Shown here: positions 29,359 through 37,654 of the stretch, piece after piece | Layout of the letters: each line of letters starts with the position of its first letter | Numbering within the stretch: the first letter of the stretch is position 1 | Assembly (NCBI GenBank): GCA_963758495.1 | Contig: CAVWVI010000004.1 | Span: 256,001-320,000 of the forward strand | Source: Oligoflexia bacterium | GTDB taxonomy: Bacteria; Bdellovibrionota; UBA1018 | DNA: 64,000 nt | Direction of reading: 5' to 3' | Made by a program: the position numbers and the translations under genes | Notes under the pieces: model-generated | The model's database searches: none | Seen by the model: the letters and a program-made list of their open reading frames with translations, nothing else | Told to the model about the DNA's origin: nothing

Positions 29359-30491
29359 GCTTATTTACTGATTTCGATTTACTCCCCTCCCTTCAATCAA
29401 CACTCGATGAGAAAAAACTTGTAACGCCTACTGAAATTCAGAATCGTGCGATTCCTGCCCTACTCGAAGAACGTTCAGTGGTTGGTGTCTCCGAAACAGG
29501 GAGTGGCAAGACCCTGGCGTATGCTTTGCCTATTTTACACATGCTGAAAAGCCTGGAAAATAGAGGCCTCCGAATTAATTTAGAGAGCACGCCTCACGCT
29601 TGCGTAGTCGTCCCAACTCGGGAACTGGGCGAGCAGGTAACTCGGGTGTTTAAGCCCTTTACCCACACCACTCGCCTTCGTGTACGCAGCATCCTGGGCG
29701 GCACGACTCTGGAGATCGCAAAGAGAAATATACAAGGACCCTTTGAAATCCTCGTTGCAACTCCTGGGCGCCTCGTTAAGCTGTTAGACAGACGTCTGAT
29801 AAATCTGAGTGGTATTCGCATCTTAGTATTCGACGAAGCCGACCAGATGCTCGATCAAGGCTTCCTACCCGACGCAAACCGTATTGTGAGTGCTTGCCCT
29901 CCTGGTCGTCAATTGGCGCTATTCTCTGCAACAGTGAGTCCTGCAGTACAGGAGCTTATAAACAAACTCTTCACTGGCGCAGAAATCATCCGCAGCGAAG
30001 GCAGTCATCACGTAGTACCAACGCTGACCACTCAGAATCTCACGGTCATGAACGGAAAACGGTTCCCACTCCTGGAAACTTTACTCACCGAAACTATCAC
30101 AGGCGGAACTCTCATTTTCACCAACACTCGTGAACAATGCGACAAGCTCGCCCAAGAACTTCTGAAGAAGGGGCATGGCTGCGCGATCTATCGAGGAGAG
30201 ATGGATAAAGTAGAGCGTCGCGCGAATCTCAAAGCCTTTCGCGATGGCAAAGTGAATCTTTTAATTTCGACAGACCTAGCCTCAAGGGGCCTCGATGTCG
30301 AGCATGTAGGACGAGTCATCAACTATCACCTGCCTCAGCACATGGAAAACTACATCCATCGCGTCGGGCGAACTGCAAGGGCCGGACGCGAAGGCTTAGT
30401 GCTTAACTTCGTGACAGAGCGAGATCAACCCTTGGTCGATCAATTACACAGTATTCGGGGAGCGCCAAAAGGTGGGCGTTCACGAAGATGA
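29355..30491 (+). CDS. DEAD-box RNA helicase
   Basis: Q motif; TGSGKT; PTREL; TPGR; DEAD; SAT; SRGLD; HRVGRTAR. Confidence 0.93.
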   Translation: MSLFTDFDLLPSLQSTLDEKKLVTPTEIQNRAIPALLEERSVVGVSETGSGKTLAYALPILHMLKSLENRGLRINLESTPHACVVVPTRELGEQVTRVFKPFTHTTRLRVRSILGGTTLEIAKRNIQGPFEILVATPGRLVKLLDRRLINLSGIRILVFDEADQMLDQGFLPDANRIVSACPPGRQLALFSATVSPAVQELINKLFTGAEIIRSEGSHHVVPTLTTQNLTVMNGKRFPLLETLLTETITGGTLIFTNTREQCDKLAQELLKKGHGCAIYRGEMDKVERRANLKAFRDGKVNLLISTDLASRGLDVEHVGRVINYHLPQHMENYIHRVGRTARAGREGLVLNFVTERDQPLVDQLHSIRGAPKGGRSRR

Positions 30492-31465
30492 AGAAGAAAT
30501 CCAGTCTTCACCCACGTAATCGGCATCAAGGGCATTATGATTTTGATGTTTTGAAAGCAAGCTATCCTGAACTCGCTCATTTTGTGGCTAAAAATAAATA
30601 CGGAAATGACTCCATTGATTTCGCTCATCCCGAAGCTATCAAGGCGCTGAATCGAGCACTGCTGAAGAGCTATTACGGAATTTCAGAATGGAATATTCCA
30701 AAAGATTATCTCTGTCCACCCATCCCAGGAAGAGCGGATTATATTCATCAACTGGCGGACTTGCTGGCTTCCTCAAACGAAGGCCTCATTCCGCGAGGAA
30801 GAACGATTCGCGTCCTCGATATCGGAGTGGGGGCGAATTGTATTTACCCGATCATCGGTCATCACGAGTATGAGTGGAGTTTCCTCGGTTCAGACTCCAA
30901 CCCGGCTTCAATTCAATCCGCGCAAACGATTGCCCAATCTAACCCCAGTTTTGGAAATGCCGTTGATTTTAAACTGCAAGAATCGTCTTCTCATATTTTT
31001 GAAGGAATCATCGGGGCAGAAGATCGCTTTGACGCATCTTTATGTAATCCGCCTTTTCATGCTTCTCTGGAGGAAGCTCAGGCCGGAACTCGTCGCAAAT
31101 GGAATCATTTAGGCAAGAAAGAATTGTCACAGCCAAAACACAAAAAACAACTCATCAATTTCGGCGGAAAAGGGCTTGAACTTTGGTGTGATGGAGGAGA
31201 GGTGGCATTTATACGCCAAATGATTCAAGAAAGCGCTCGCTTTGCCTATCAGTGCTTTTGGTTCTCGACTCTCGTTTCAAAGGAAGACAATCTTCCTAAA
31301 ATCTATAAATTATTGAAAACCGCAAAGGTGAAGGAACTGCGCACGTTGAATATGACGCAAGGACAAAAGAAAAGTAGAATCGTGGCGTGGACTTTTTTAA
31401 ATCCACTCCTTCAAAAAGAATGGCGAAATTCCCGGTGGGGGCTGAAATGGGGAACAGCCATTTAG
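30488..31465 (+). CDS. rlmF: 23S rRNA m6A1618 methyltransferase
   Basis: LHPRNRH; LCPPIPGRADY; LDIGVGANCIYP; CNPPFH; NFGG...ELWC.GGE; QGQKKSR.VAW. Confidence 0.95.
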   Translation: MKKKSSLHPRNRHQGHYDFDVLKASYPELAHFVAKNKYGNDSIDFAHPEAIKALNRALLKSYYGISEWNIPKDYLCPPIPGRADYIHQLADLLASSNEGLIPRGRTIRVLDIGVGANCIYPIIGHHEYEWSFLGSDSNPASIQSAQTIAQSNPSFGNAVDFKLQESSSHIFEGIIGAEDRFDASLCNPPFHASLEEAQAGTRRKWNHLGKKELSQPKHKKQLINFGGKGLELWCDGGEVAFIRQMIQESARFAYQCFWFSTLVSKEDNLPKIYKLLKTAKVKELRTLNMTQGQKKSRIVAWTFLNPLLQKEWRNSRWGLKWGTAI

Positions 31466-31478
31466 AATGTAATATTTA

Positions 31479-31502
31479 CGTTGGTGGCTCCGGAGAGAAT
31501 CG
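31479..31502 (-). repeat. Exact 24-bp copy of tRNA-Leu 3' end (att-like, innermost)
   Basis: CGTTGGTGGCTCCGGAGAGAATCG, identical to 31684-31707. Confidence 0.88.
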
Positions 31503-31648
31503 GCTTCCGGTATTTGCACTGTCGTGCAAATCCTGCAGCCCGGGCTCAGATGCCGCCCAGCACAGCTGGGCACCCGCATCTTCCGCCATTCGCTTCTCTC
31601 CGTAGGGTACAAAACGCGTTCGCGTTTTTTCTTTTCAAAGCCACCAAA

Positions 31649-31685
31649 CGCAAAAGGCCTGACTTTCGTCAGGCCTCTTTTTGCG
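31649..31685 (-). terminator. Intrinsic terminator of tRNA-Leu
   Basis: GGCCTGAC-TTTC-GTCAGGCC stem flanked by A/T tracts, immediately 3' of the CCA end. Confidence 0.8.
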
Positions 31686-31686
31686 T

Positions 31687-31773
31687 TGGTGGCTCCGGAG
31701 AGAATCGAACTCTCACACCCGTAAGGATACACGATTTTGAGTCGTGCGCGTCTACCAATTCCGCCACAGAGCC
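31687..31773 (-). tRNA. tRNA-Leu (anticodon CAA)
   Basis: Reverse complement GGCTCTGTGGCGGAATTGGTAGACGCGCACGACTCAAAATCGTGTATCCTTACGGGTGTGAGAGTTCGATTCTCTCCGGAGCCACCA: cloverleaf, long variable arm, encoded CCA. Confidence 0.97.
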
Positions 31774-31797
31774 AATGAAATAGATCGGGTTAGATCA

Positions 31798-32829
31798 TTA
31801 ACCCAAATCCTTAACTGTGTCCACATTCTTCAGCCAATCCCAACGAATCAGTTCAAAATTTCCTTGAGGAGAGAGGCGATACTCCGCTCCGAGAGGAAGC
31901 GGCGAGACTTCAGGGCCATGCCCTACCGGCAATCCAAATGCCACCGGAATATTCAAACGATCCCCAAGCTCTTTAAAAAGTGCACGAAGGGTATCTTGAC
32001 TCTTCAGTACTTTTCTCAAAGGCCGAAGCTCAGTTGAGTTTGGAGACTGGAGGACTCTTTTTTGAGTTTTCGAAGTCGGAGTGGTTTTTAAAACAAGAGG
32101 GGCATAATCTCTACAATTCAAAAAATTACCTAAAACAATCGCTTTAACACCCTTTAGACTCCCCGAATGGACCAGTTGTTGAAGCATCCGATCAATTCGA
32201 TAGAGGTTTTCATCTACGTCTTCAAAGAATAGGATACAATTCTTGGGCTTTCCCTGAAAAGGGGTCGCAAGGAGGCAGCTCCAAAGAGTCAAATTCCCCC
32301 CCACTAATGGGGCCTGAATAGAGGACTTTGGACGCCCGGTCCAAAATGTAAGTTTATTCTTACCCCAAGGAGACGCAACACTCTCCCCACGAATCCATTG
32401 AGACATCGCATGCCAATCATTTTTACCCAGTAAACTAAACTTCCTCATGCTAGGCATCGGGGCATGAAGAGTTGCCCAGCCCCAATTTCGACGGACAAAC
32501 TCCATCAAAGCTGTACTATCAGAATATCCTATTAATAATTTTTTCGACGGGAATCCTTGACGGAGAGCCATTCGCTCGAGAAGAGGAAGAATACGAACTG
32601 CACCATACCCCCCTCTCGCACACCAAATCACGGAGTGTTGTGGACTCTTTGCGTACTCAAAGAATGCATGAGCACGATCTTCATCCGTGCCTGCAAAAAA
32701 AAGATAACTTTTCTTACACTGTTCATGAACGTCGACAGAAAAGCCTTCTTGTCTAATTCTCTGAACTCCCAGTTTGAGTTCAATACGAGGAACTTTGGCT
32801 GAAGGTGCTACAATTCCAATTTTAAACAA
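31798..32829 (-). CDS. ldcA: LD-carboxypeptidase (peptidase S66)
   Basis: IVAPS; ARGGYG; IGYSD; GGNL; FFEDVDE..YRIDRML; GLPVGHG. Confidence 0.9.
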   Translation of the reverse strand: MFKIGIVAPSAKVPRIELKLGVQRIRQEGFSVDVHEQCKKSYLFFAGTDEDRAHAFFEYAKSPQHSVIWCARGGYGAVRILPLLERMALRQGFPSKKLLIGYSDSTALMEFVRRNWGWATLHAPMPSMRKFSLLGKNDWHAMSQWIRGESVASPWGKNKLTFWTGRPKSSIQAPLVGGNLTLWSCLLATPFQGKPKNCILFFEDVDENLYRIDRMLQQLVHSGSLKGVKAIVLGNFLNCRDYAPLVLKTTPTSKTQKRVLQSPNSTELRPLRKVLKSQDTLRALFKELGDRLNIPVAFGLPVGHGPEVSPLPLGAEYRLSPQGNFELIRWDWLKNVDTVKDLG

Positions 32830-32866
32830 TGAGTACCTCTTTCAATTCGTGAGGCTTTGAAAACGA

Positions 32867-33085
32867 TTAAATTTTTAAAGACAACCCATTCAGACTCAGA
32901 ATAATACCCACAATGACAGACCAACAGAAGGTCAAACAAAGTAATAACATCCCACTCCACCTAACAACAGTACGAATCTTTTGAGATGCTAAACGAAAAA
33001 GAACATCTGGCTGAACCAGAAAAAATGCTGTCATAAAAACCAACACTGATTCAATACCTAGTACAATTAAAACCGAATGAGGCAT
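32867..33085 (-). CDS. Small membrane protein (2 TM), hypothetical
   Basis: 72-aa hydrophobic ORF between engB and ldcA, same strand, with an AAGGA RBS. Confidence 0.55.
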   Translation of the reverse strand: MPHSVLIVLGIESVLVFMTAFFLVQPDVLFRLASQKIRTVVRWSGMLLLCLTFCWSVIVGIILSLNGLSLKI

Positions 33086-33105
33086 TATTGTATCCTTCTC
33101 TCACT

Positions 33106-33714
33106 TCACTCTTTTGACCTGAGTGTTTGAATGAGCTGTTTCATACCTACTTTGCTTTGGCTGGAAACCCACAATACCGAATCAGCCTCAACTCCTAGTT
33201 TTTCAAGCTCGTGGCCAGCTTCTTTCTGACGCGAAGCTCTCAATGCTTGAGTCTTTAATGTATCTACCTTTGAAAATACTAAGGTAACTGGAATATGGTT
33301 TAAACTCAAGAACTCGATAGCTTTTAGATCTGTATCAGTTGGGCCATGCCGAGAATCCAGTAAAACCACAGCTCTTTCCAAATGACCATCGTTCTCAAAA
33401 TACATTCGAATAAACTCTTCCCAACGGTTTCGTTCTGTCTTAGCTGCTTTTGCGTAGCCATAACCTGGCAAATCGGCAATAATTTTGCCAGCCTCTTTCC
33501 AAAGATAAAAATGCAATGCTCGTGTCTTCCCCGGCTGATTGCTCGTTCGAGCCAGAGTTTGTCCTAAAAGAGCATTAATCATCGAACTCTTTCCCACATT
33601 GGACCGTCCTACCATAGCAATTCTAGGCTCCCGATGACCTTTCAGAAAATCGCCGTTAAAGAGATCTGAAAATTGAGATGGATCTGCTACTGTTATTAAA
33701 AATTTTGATGTCAT
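33106..33714 (-). CDS. engB: Ribosome biogenesis GTPase EngB/YihA/YsxC
   Basis: GRSNVGKSS; PGKT; DLPGYGYA; SKVD. Confidence 0.93.
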   Translation of the reverse strand: MTSKFLITVADPSQFSDLFNGDFLKGHREPRIAMVGRSNVGKSSMINALLGQTLARTSNQPGKTRALHFYLWKEAGKIIADLPGYGYAKAAKTERNRWEEFIRMYFENDGHLERAVVLLDSRHGPTDTDLKAIEFLSLNHIPVTLVFSKVDTLKTQALRASRQKEAGHELEKLGVEADSVLWVSSQSKVGMKQLIQTLRSKE

Positions 33715-33898
33715 GGTTTAAATAAGTTCCTCGGCCTTCCAAGTCCATACGTAGCTAATCTGGAGCAAAAATGAACCAAAAAAGAGAAAAATAGAATTCT
33801 CTCAATGAGTGATTCAAACCTTTCATAATTGAATTTACCCTAAAATTTCAACTACATCAGGAATATTTGAATCTCTCCCTACCCTTCACTTTTTTCAT

Positions 33899-33914
33899 TG
33901 GTACAGCCATTGCT
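33899..33914 (+). promoter_or_regulatory. Putative sigma-54 promoter
   Basis: TGGTACAGCCATTGCT (GG-N10-GC), 31 bp upstream of the ATG; AAGGAG RBS follows. Confidence 0.65.
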
Positions 33915-33945
33915 TTACAGGCCAGTTCAGAAGGAGAAATACTGA

Positions 33946-35235
33946 ATGTCTTGGCAACTTAAAATTCAAGAACCCTCAGGCGAAACCAGAATCGCTCACT
34001 TACAAAGCTCTCAGACCCTCGGAAGAAGTGAGACGTCCAATATCATCTTAAGGGATCCTACGGTAGCCAAAGAAGCTGCACTTCTTTGGTCTGCTGAACC
34101 TCACAAGTCTTCTTCCCCCTTCTGGATCAGGATACTCCCCCTCTCTCCGCCAGGCTTACTCGGTGATTGGTCCGTGCGTGAGGCTTACTTACCCATAGGG
34201 ATTCCTTTTCAAATCGGAGAGACTCGACTCACGCTGGAATCTGTGGCAAGCACCCTTCCTTACCCCACCTTTCCTTCCGGAGTGAGACCTTGGTTAACTT
34301 GTTCCGAATCAGGTCGAAAAATCCTCTGGATGGCCAAAAAAGCAGCAGTCACGCCTCTTGCTCTCTATTTAGAAGGCGAAACCGGCACAGGAAAAGAGGT
34401 TCTCGCTCAATTACTTCACTCATGGAGCGATCGAAAGTCGGGCCCGTTCGTTCCTTTGCATTGCGGCGCACTCCCTCTTTCCCTGGCTGAAAGTGAACTT
34501 TTTGGGCATGTGAAAGGATCTTTTACTGGAGCGGTTAACCATCGAGCCGGAGCCTTAATGCAAGCTCATAGTGGCACTCTATTTTTAGATGAAATCGGTG
34601 ATTTACCCTTAGATATTCAAGTAAAACTTTTACGATTCCTAGAAAATGGAGAAATTCGTCCCGTAGGCGCTGACCGCCCCTCTAAAGCGGACGTTCGCCT
34701 CGTTTGCGCAACTCATCATCCTCTTCAAAAATTAGTAGAAGAAGGAAAATTTAGAAGGGACCTTTATTATAGACTTGCCTCTGTCACTCTCCAGATACCC
34801 ACCCTGCGATCGCGTCTTGAAGACATTGAAATGTTAGCTCGAAAATTTTCGTCTGAACTCAATCATTCGCTTTCTGAGCGAGCGCTTCTTCGACTCAAAG
34901 CCCACGCGTGGCGAGGAAATGTTCGTGAACTTCGTCACGCAATTGAACGTGCTAGCGGCCTTGCGGGAGCATTTACTCCTATTTTACACGAAGAGGCATT
35001 CGAGTTCTTATTGACCTCAGAAAATATAAGACAAACTCCCAGCTTAGAACTAGGCGCTTCCGTATTGAGCTTAAATGAAATGGAAAGAGTCGTTTTATTG
35101 AAGGCACTCAAACTAACACACGGAAATCGCGCTAAAGCTGCTAAAATCCTAGGGGTTGCGAGAAGCACTCTCTTTGAAATGCTGAAACGTCATAAAATTC
35201 TTGGACCTCGAACTCATTGCTTAGAGGTAGCCTAG
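33946..35235 (+). CDS. Sigma-54-dependent transcriptional activator with N-terminal FHA-like domain
   Basis: GETGTGKE; ESELFGH.KGSFTGA; LFLDEIG; FRRDLYYRL; WRGNVREL; Fis-type HTH; N-terminal LGRS...IILRDP.V. Confidence 0.92.
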   Translation: MSWQLKIQEPSGETRIAHLQSSQTLGRSETSNIILRDPTVAKEAALLWSAEPHKSSSPFWIRILPLSPPGLLGDWSVREAYLPIGIPFQIGETRLTLESVASTLPYPTFPSGVRPWLTCSESGRKILWMAKKAAVTPLALYLEGETGTGKEVLAQLLHSWSDRKSGPFVPLHCGALPLSLAESELFGHVKGSFTGAVNHRAGALMQAHSGTLFLDEIGDLPLDIQVKLLRFLENGEIRPVGADRPSKADVRLVCATHHPLQKLVEEGKFRRDLYYRLASVTLQIPTLRSRLEDIEMLARKFSSELNHSLSERALLRLKAHAWRGNVRELRHAIERASGLAGAFTPILHEEAFEFLLTSENIRQTPSLELGASVLSLNEMERVVLLKALKLTHGNRAKAAKILGVARSTLFEMLKRHKILGPRTHCLEVA

Positions 35236-35248
35236 AAGTAAGCACTGT

Positions 35249-35980
35249 TTAGTTGATAATGAGTTTTGAAATATAAAGATCACTCACCTTCCCATGAGGC
35301 ATCCATGCATTGAGAATTTTCAAGATCGTTTTTTTAATTCTTTTCTTACCTTCCCTCGACATTAAATCGTCTTTTGATAAGCCTATAAAAGCATGGCTTA
35401 TTTGATCGCGCACTTCAATCAGATGCGATTGAATAAAATTCCGAGTTTCTCGACCGTCACAATAAATGATAATCTCAAGTTCTGCCATATTCGCTATGCC
35501 AGTCCCCATCACCTGCGTAGTGTCTTCTTTTAAGTCTAAAGTAAAGCTTCCAACAGACATCACGCTGGCTCGACGCTCTGCTTCCTCTGAGCGCTTTCGA
35601 ACTAATTCTTCAAAGCGATTTCCAAGTTCCTTAGATTGATGCCGTAACTCACCCCTTTTTGACATCCAATATCGATCTAACGCCAAATAAAATACTGATA
35701 AAATACCAATTAAACTGAAAATAAAAACCGTAGACATTTTTCGAGTGGGTGCATCTATTGAAAAAAGACCGGATAAAATATCCAATAACTTCGATAGATT
35801 AACACTCTTATTTCCAACATATTTTCTAATTTGGGCAATTATTTTCTTAGGATGAAACGAAGAGACTTCACCTGCTTCCTGTTCAGGAGAGGAAGTATCC
35901 AGAGGTGGGGTCTTGGGAGGTGAAGTGATTTGAATTTCAGCCATTTCGTATAGAATAACTGGATAAGCTAAAGGCCTCAA
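35249..35980 (-). CDS. FliL-like single-pass membrane protein
   Basis: TM helix, then FTLDL...EVRDQI......DLMSREGK.RIK..I...LN......KVSDLYISKLII. Confidence 0.65.
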   Translation of the reverse strand: MRPLAYPVILYEMAEIQITSPPKTPPLDTSSPEQEAGEVSSFHPKKIIAQIRKYVGNKSVNLSKLLDILSGLFSIDAPTRKMSTVFIFSLIGILSVFYLALDRYWMSKRGELRHQSKELGNRFEELVRKRSEEAERRASVMSVGSFTLDLKEDTTQVMGTGIANMAELEIIIYCDGRETRNFIQSHLIEVRDQISHAFIGLSKDDLMSREGKKRIKKTILKILNAWMPHGKVSDLYISKLIIN

Positions 35981-36043
35981 GTTCCGAGAGGCTTCTTTCC
36001 GATAAATAACTGATCAACAGGAAAAAATAAGGAGGCTTAAAAA

Positions 36044-36448
36044 GTGAAATTACAAATTCTTTTGGTCATTTTTTTGACCCTTTTAAGTGGTTGTGCTCTT
36101 TTACCCATTGACTCAAACCCTCCTGAGGATCCTATCGTATCCGCAGTCCTCTCTGAACGAGGAATCCTTCCTCAGGAAAAGGACGTGGGTTATTCAACGT
36201 TTCAGCTTCATAAAGAACTTGAAATCCAAAAAGCCCTTGAATCAGGTGAAGTTGTACTTGGTATGAAAATGCAAGATGTCATTTCCGTTTGGGGTGAACC
36301 CAACGATATAGAAATGGCAGGAGATCCTCTCTTAAAGAATCAGAAATGGATCTATAGCGAAAGTCCTTCAAGACAAACGCAACTCAGTTCGGCTCGCATC
36401 GTCTACTTCGAGGAAGGGCAAGTTGCAGGATGGGAAAATGCCCCTTAA
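36044..36448 (+). CDS. Lipoprotein, BamE/SmpA-like fold
   Basis: Lipobox LSGC; LGM...DV...WGEP; W.Y; VYFEEGQV. Confidence 0.65.
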   Translation: MKLQILLVIFLTLLSGCALLPIDSNPPEDPIVSAVLSERGILPQEKDVGYSTFQLHKELEIQKALESGEVVLGMKMQDVISVWGEPNDIEMAGDPLLKNQKWIYSESPSRQTQLSSARIVYFEEGQVAGWENAP

Positions 36449-36456
36449 GGCCTCGC

Positions 36457-37464
36457 CTAAAAAGACTCTGTAAATACAACTGAGTTTTTATGGCTCTCAA
36501 AACCTTTCGAATATTCAGTCACTCTCTTTTCAAAAAAGTTAGTTAAAGGCTGAACATCTTGAAGAACCATAAATGAAAATGGGTTGCTTTTAAAATAGTG
36601 CTTTCGGTACCCCATTTGCACCAATCTCTGATCAGCAACATATTCCAAATAGTCTCTCATCAACTTGGGGGATAAGCCTGTTACCCCAAAAGAAAGAGCA
36701 TCTTCACAGAACTCCATCTCAACAGTCACAGCCTCTTCCATCATGTTAAGGACTTTTGCCTCTAGTTCTGCATCAAATAAATGAGGATACTCGCTGCGGA
36801 TCTTCTCAATTGCCAGCATCGCACCTTCGATATGTAAGCTCTCGTCGCGAAAAACCCAATTAGTGGCTGTTGCAAGTCCTGGCAAGAGCCCTTTATTTCT
36901 CAGAAAATACACATAAGCAAAAGAACCAAAGAAAAATAATCCTTCTACACACCCTGCAAAACAGATCAAATTCTCAATAAATTGTTTCCGCTTGCTATCA
37001 GAGTCAAGCTTATCTAGATGATGAATCGAGTCCATATACTTAAAGCAAAAATCGGCTTTTCTCTTCACTGAAGGAATGGTTTGATAAGCACCAAACGCTT
37101 CCTTACGCTCATCCATCTCTGGAATATAATTATCGACCAAAAGTAAATAGGTTTCAACGTGAAGCATCTCATCAAAAAGTTGCTTCCCTAAAAACATTCG
37201 ATACTCGGGCGCATTCAAATGTTTATAAAAATTAAGAACCAGATTGTGTGCCACTAAATTATCGGCGGTTGCAAAAAAAGCAACCAACCGCTTAATTAAA
37301 TGCGATTCTTGAGGAGTGAGACGATCTCTCAAATGCTCATAATCTACTGAAAAATCAATTTCATCAGTCGTCCATATATTCTTAATAGAATTTTTATAGA
37401 GCTGAAAAAACTGTGGGTACTTCATGGGACGTAACGTCAGATCAAGTTCGTTATCTAGCAACAT
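36457..37464 (-). CDS. nrdB: Ribonucleotide reductase class Ia beta subunit
   Basis: FFATAD; DEMLHVETY (metal ligands plus radical Tyr); VEGLFF; RDESLH; NFFEKRV.EY. Confidence 0.93.
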   Translation of the reverse strand: MLLDNELDLTLRPMKYPQFFQLYKNSIKNIWTTDEIDFSVDYEHLRDRLTPQESHLIKRLVAFFATADNLVAHNLVLNFYKHLNAPEYRMFLGKQLFDEMLHVETYLLLVDNYIPEMDERKEAFGAYQTIPSVKRKADFCFKYMDSIHHLDKLDSDSKRKQFIENLICFAGCVEGLFFFGSFAYVYFLRNKGLLPGLATATNWVFRDESLHIEGAMLAIEKIRSEYPHLFDAELEAKVLNMMEEAVTVEMEFCEDALSFGVTGLSPKLMRDYLEYVADQRLVQMGYRKHYFKSNPFSFMVLQDVQPLTNFFEKRVTEYSKGFESHKNSVVFTESF

Positions 37465-37654
37465 TCGAATATCTCCCCACCTAAGTTTTGGTGATGAAAT
37501 GAATCATTAACTCACCTCTCCCGCTGAGAAGGGAGGTAAGCAAATCGTTAAAATATCTTCTTCCTTACCGTCTAAGAATCTCCTGTGTTTATGCAGGAGT
37601 TCTTTAATCATGATTTCCAATCATTCTAAATGATTCTGAACCTGGATCGTTTTA

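Noticed and set aside
26564..31773. tRNA-end repeats as a CRISPR array or integron attC sites
   Set aside because: Spacing is 0.2-2.7 kb, the repeats match the tRNA itself, and no cas or intI gene is present.
31387..32037. Several short ORFs overlapping the tRNA and its trailer
   Set aside because: Explained by the tRNA and GC-rich hairpins; no protein motifs.
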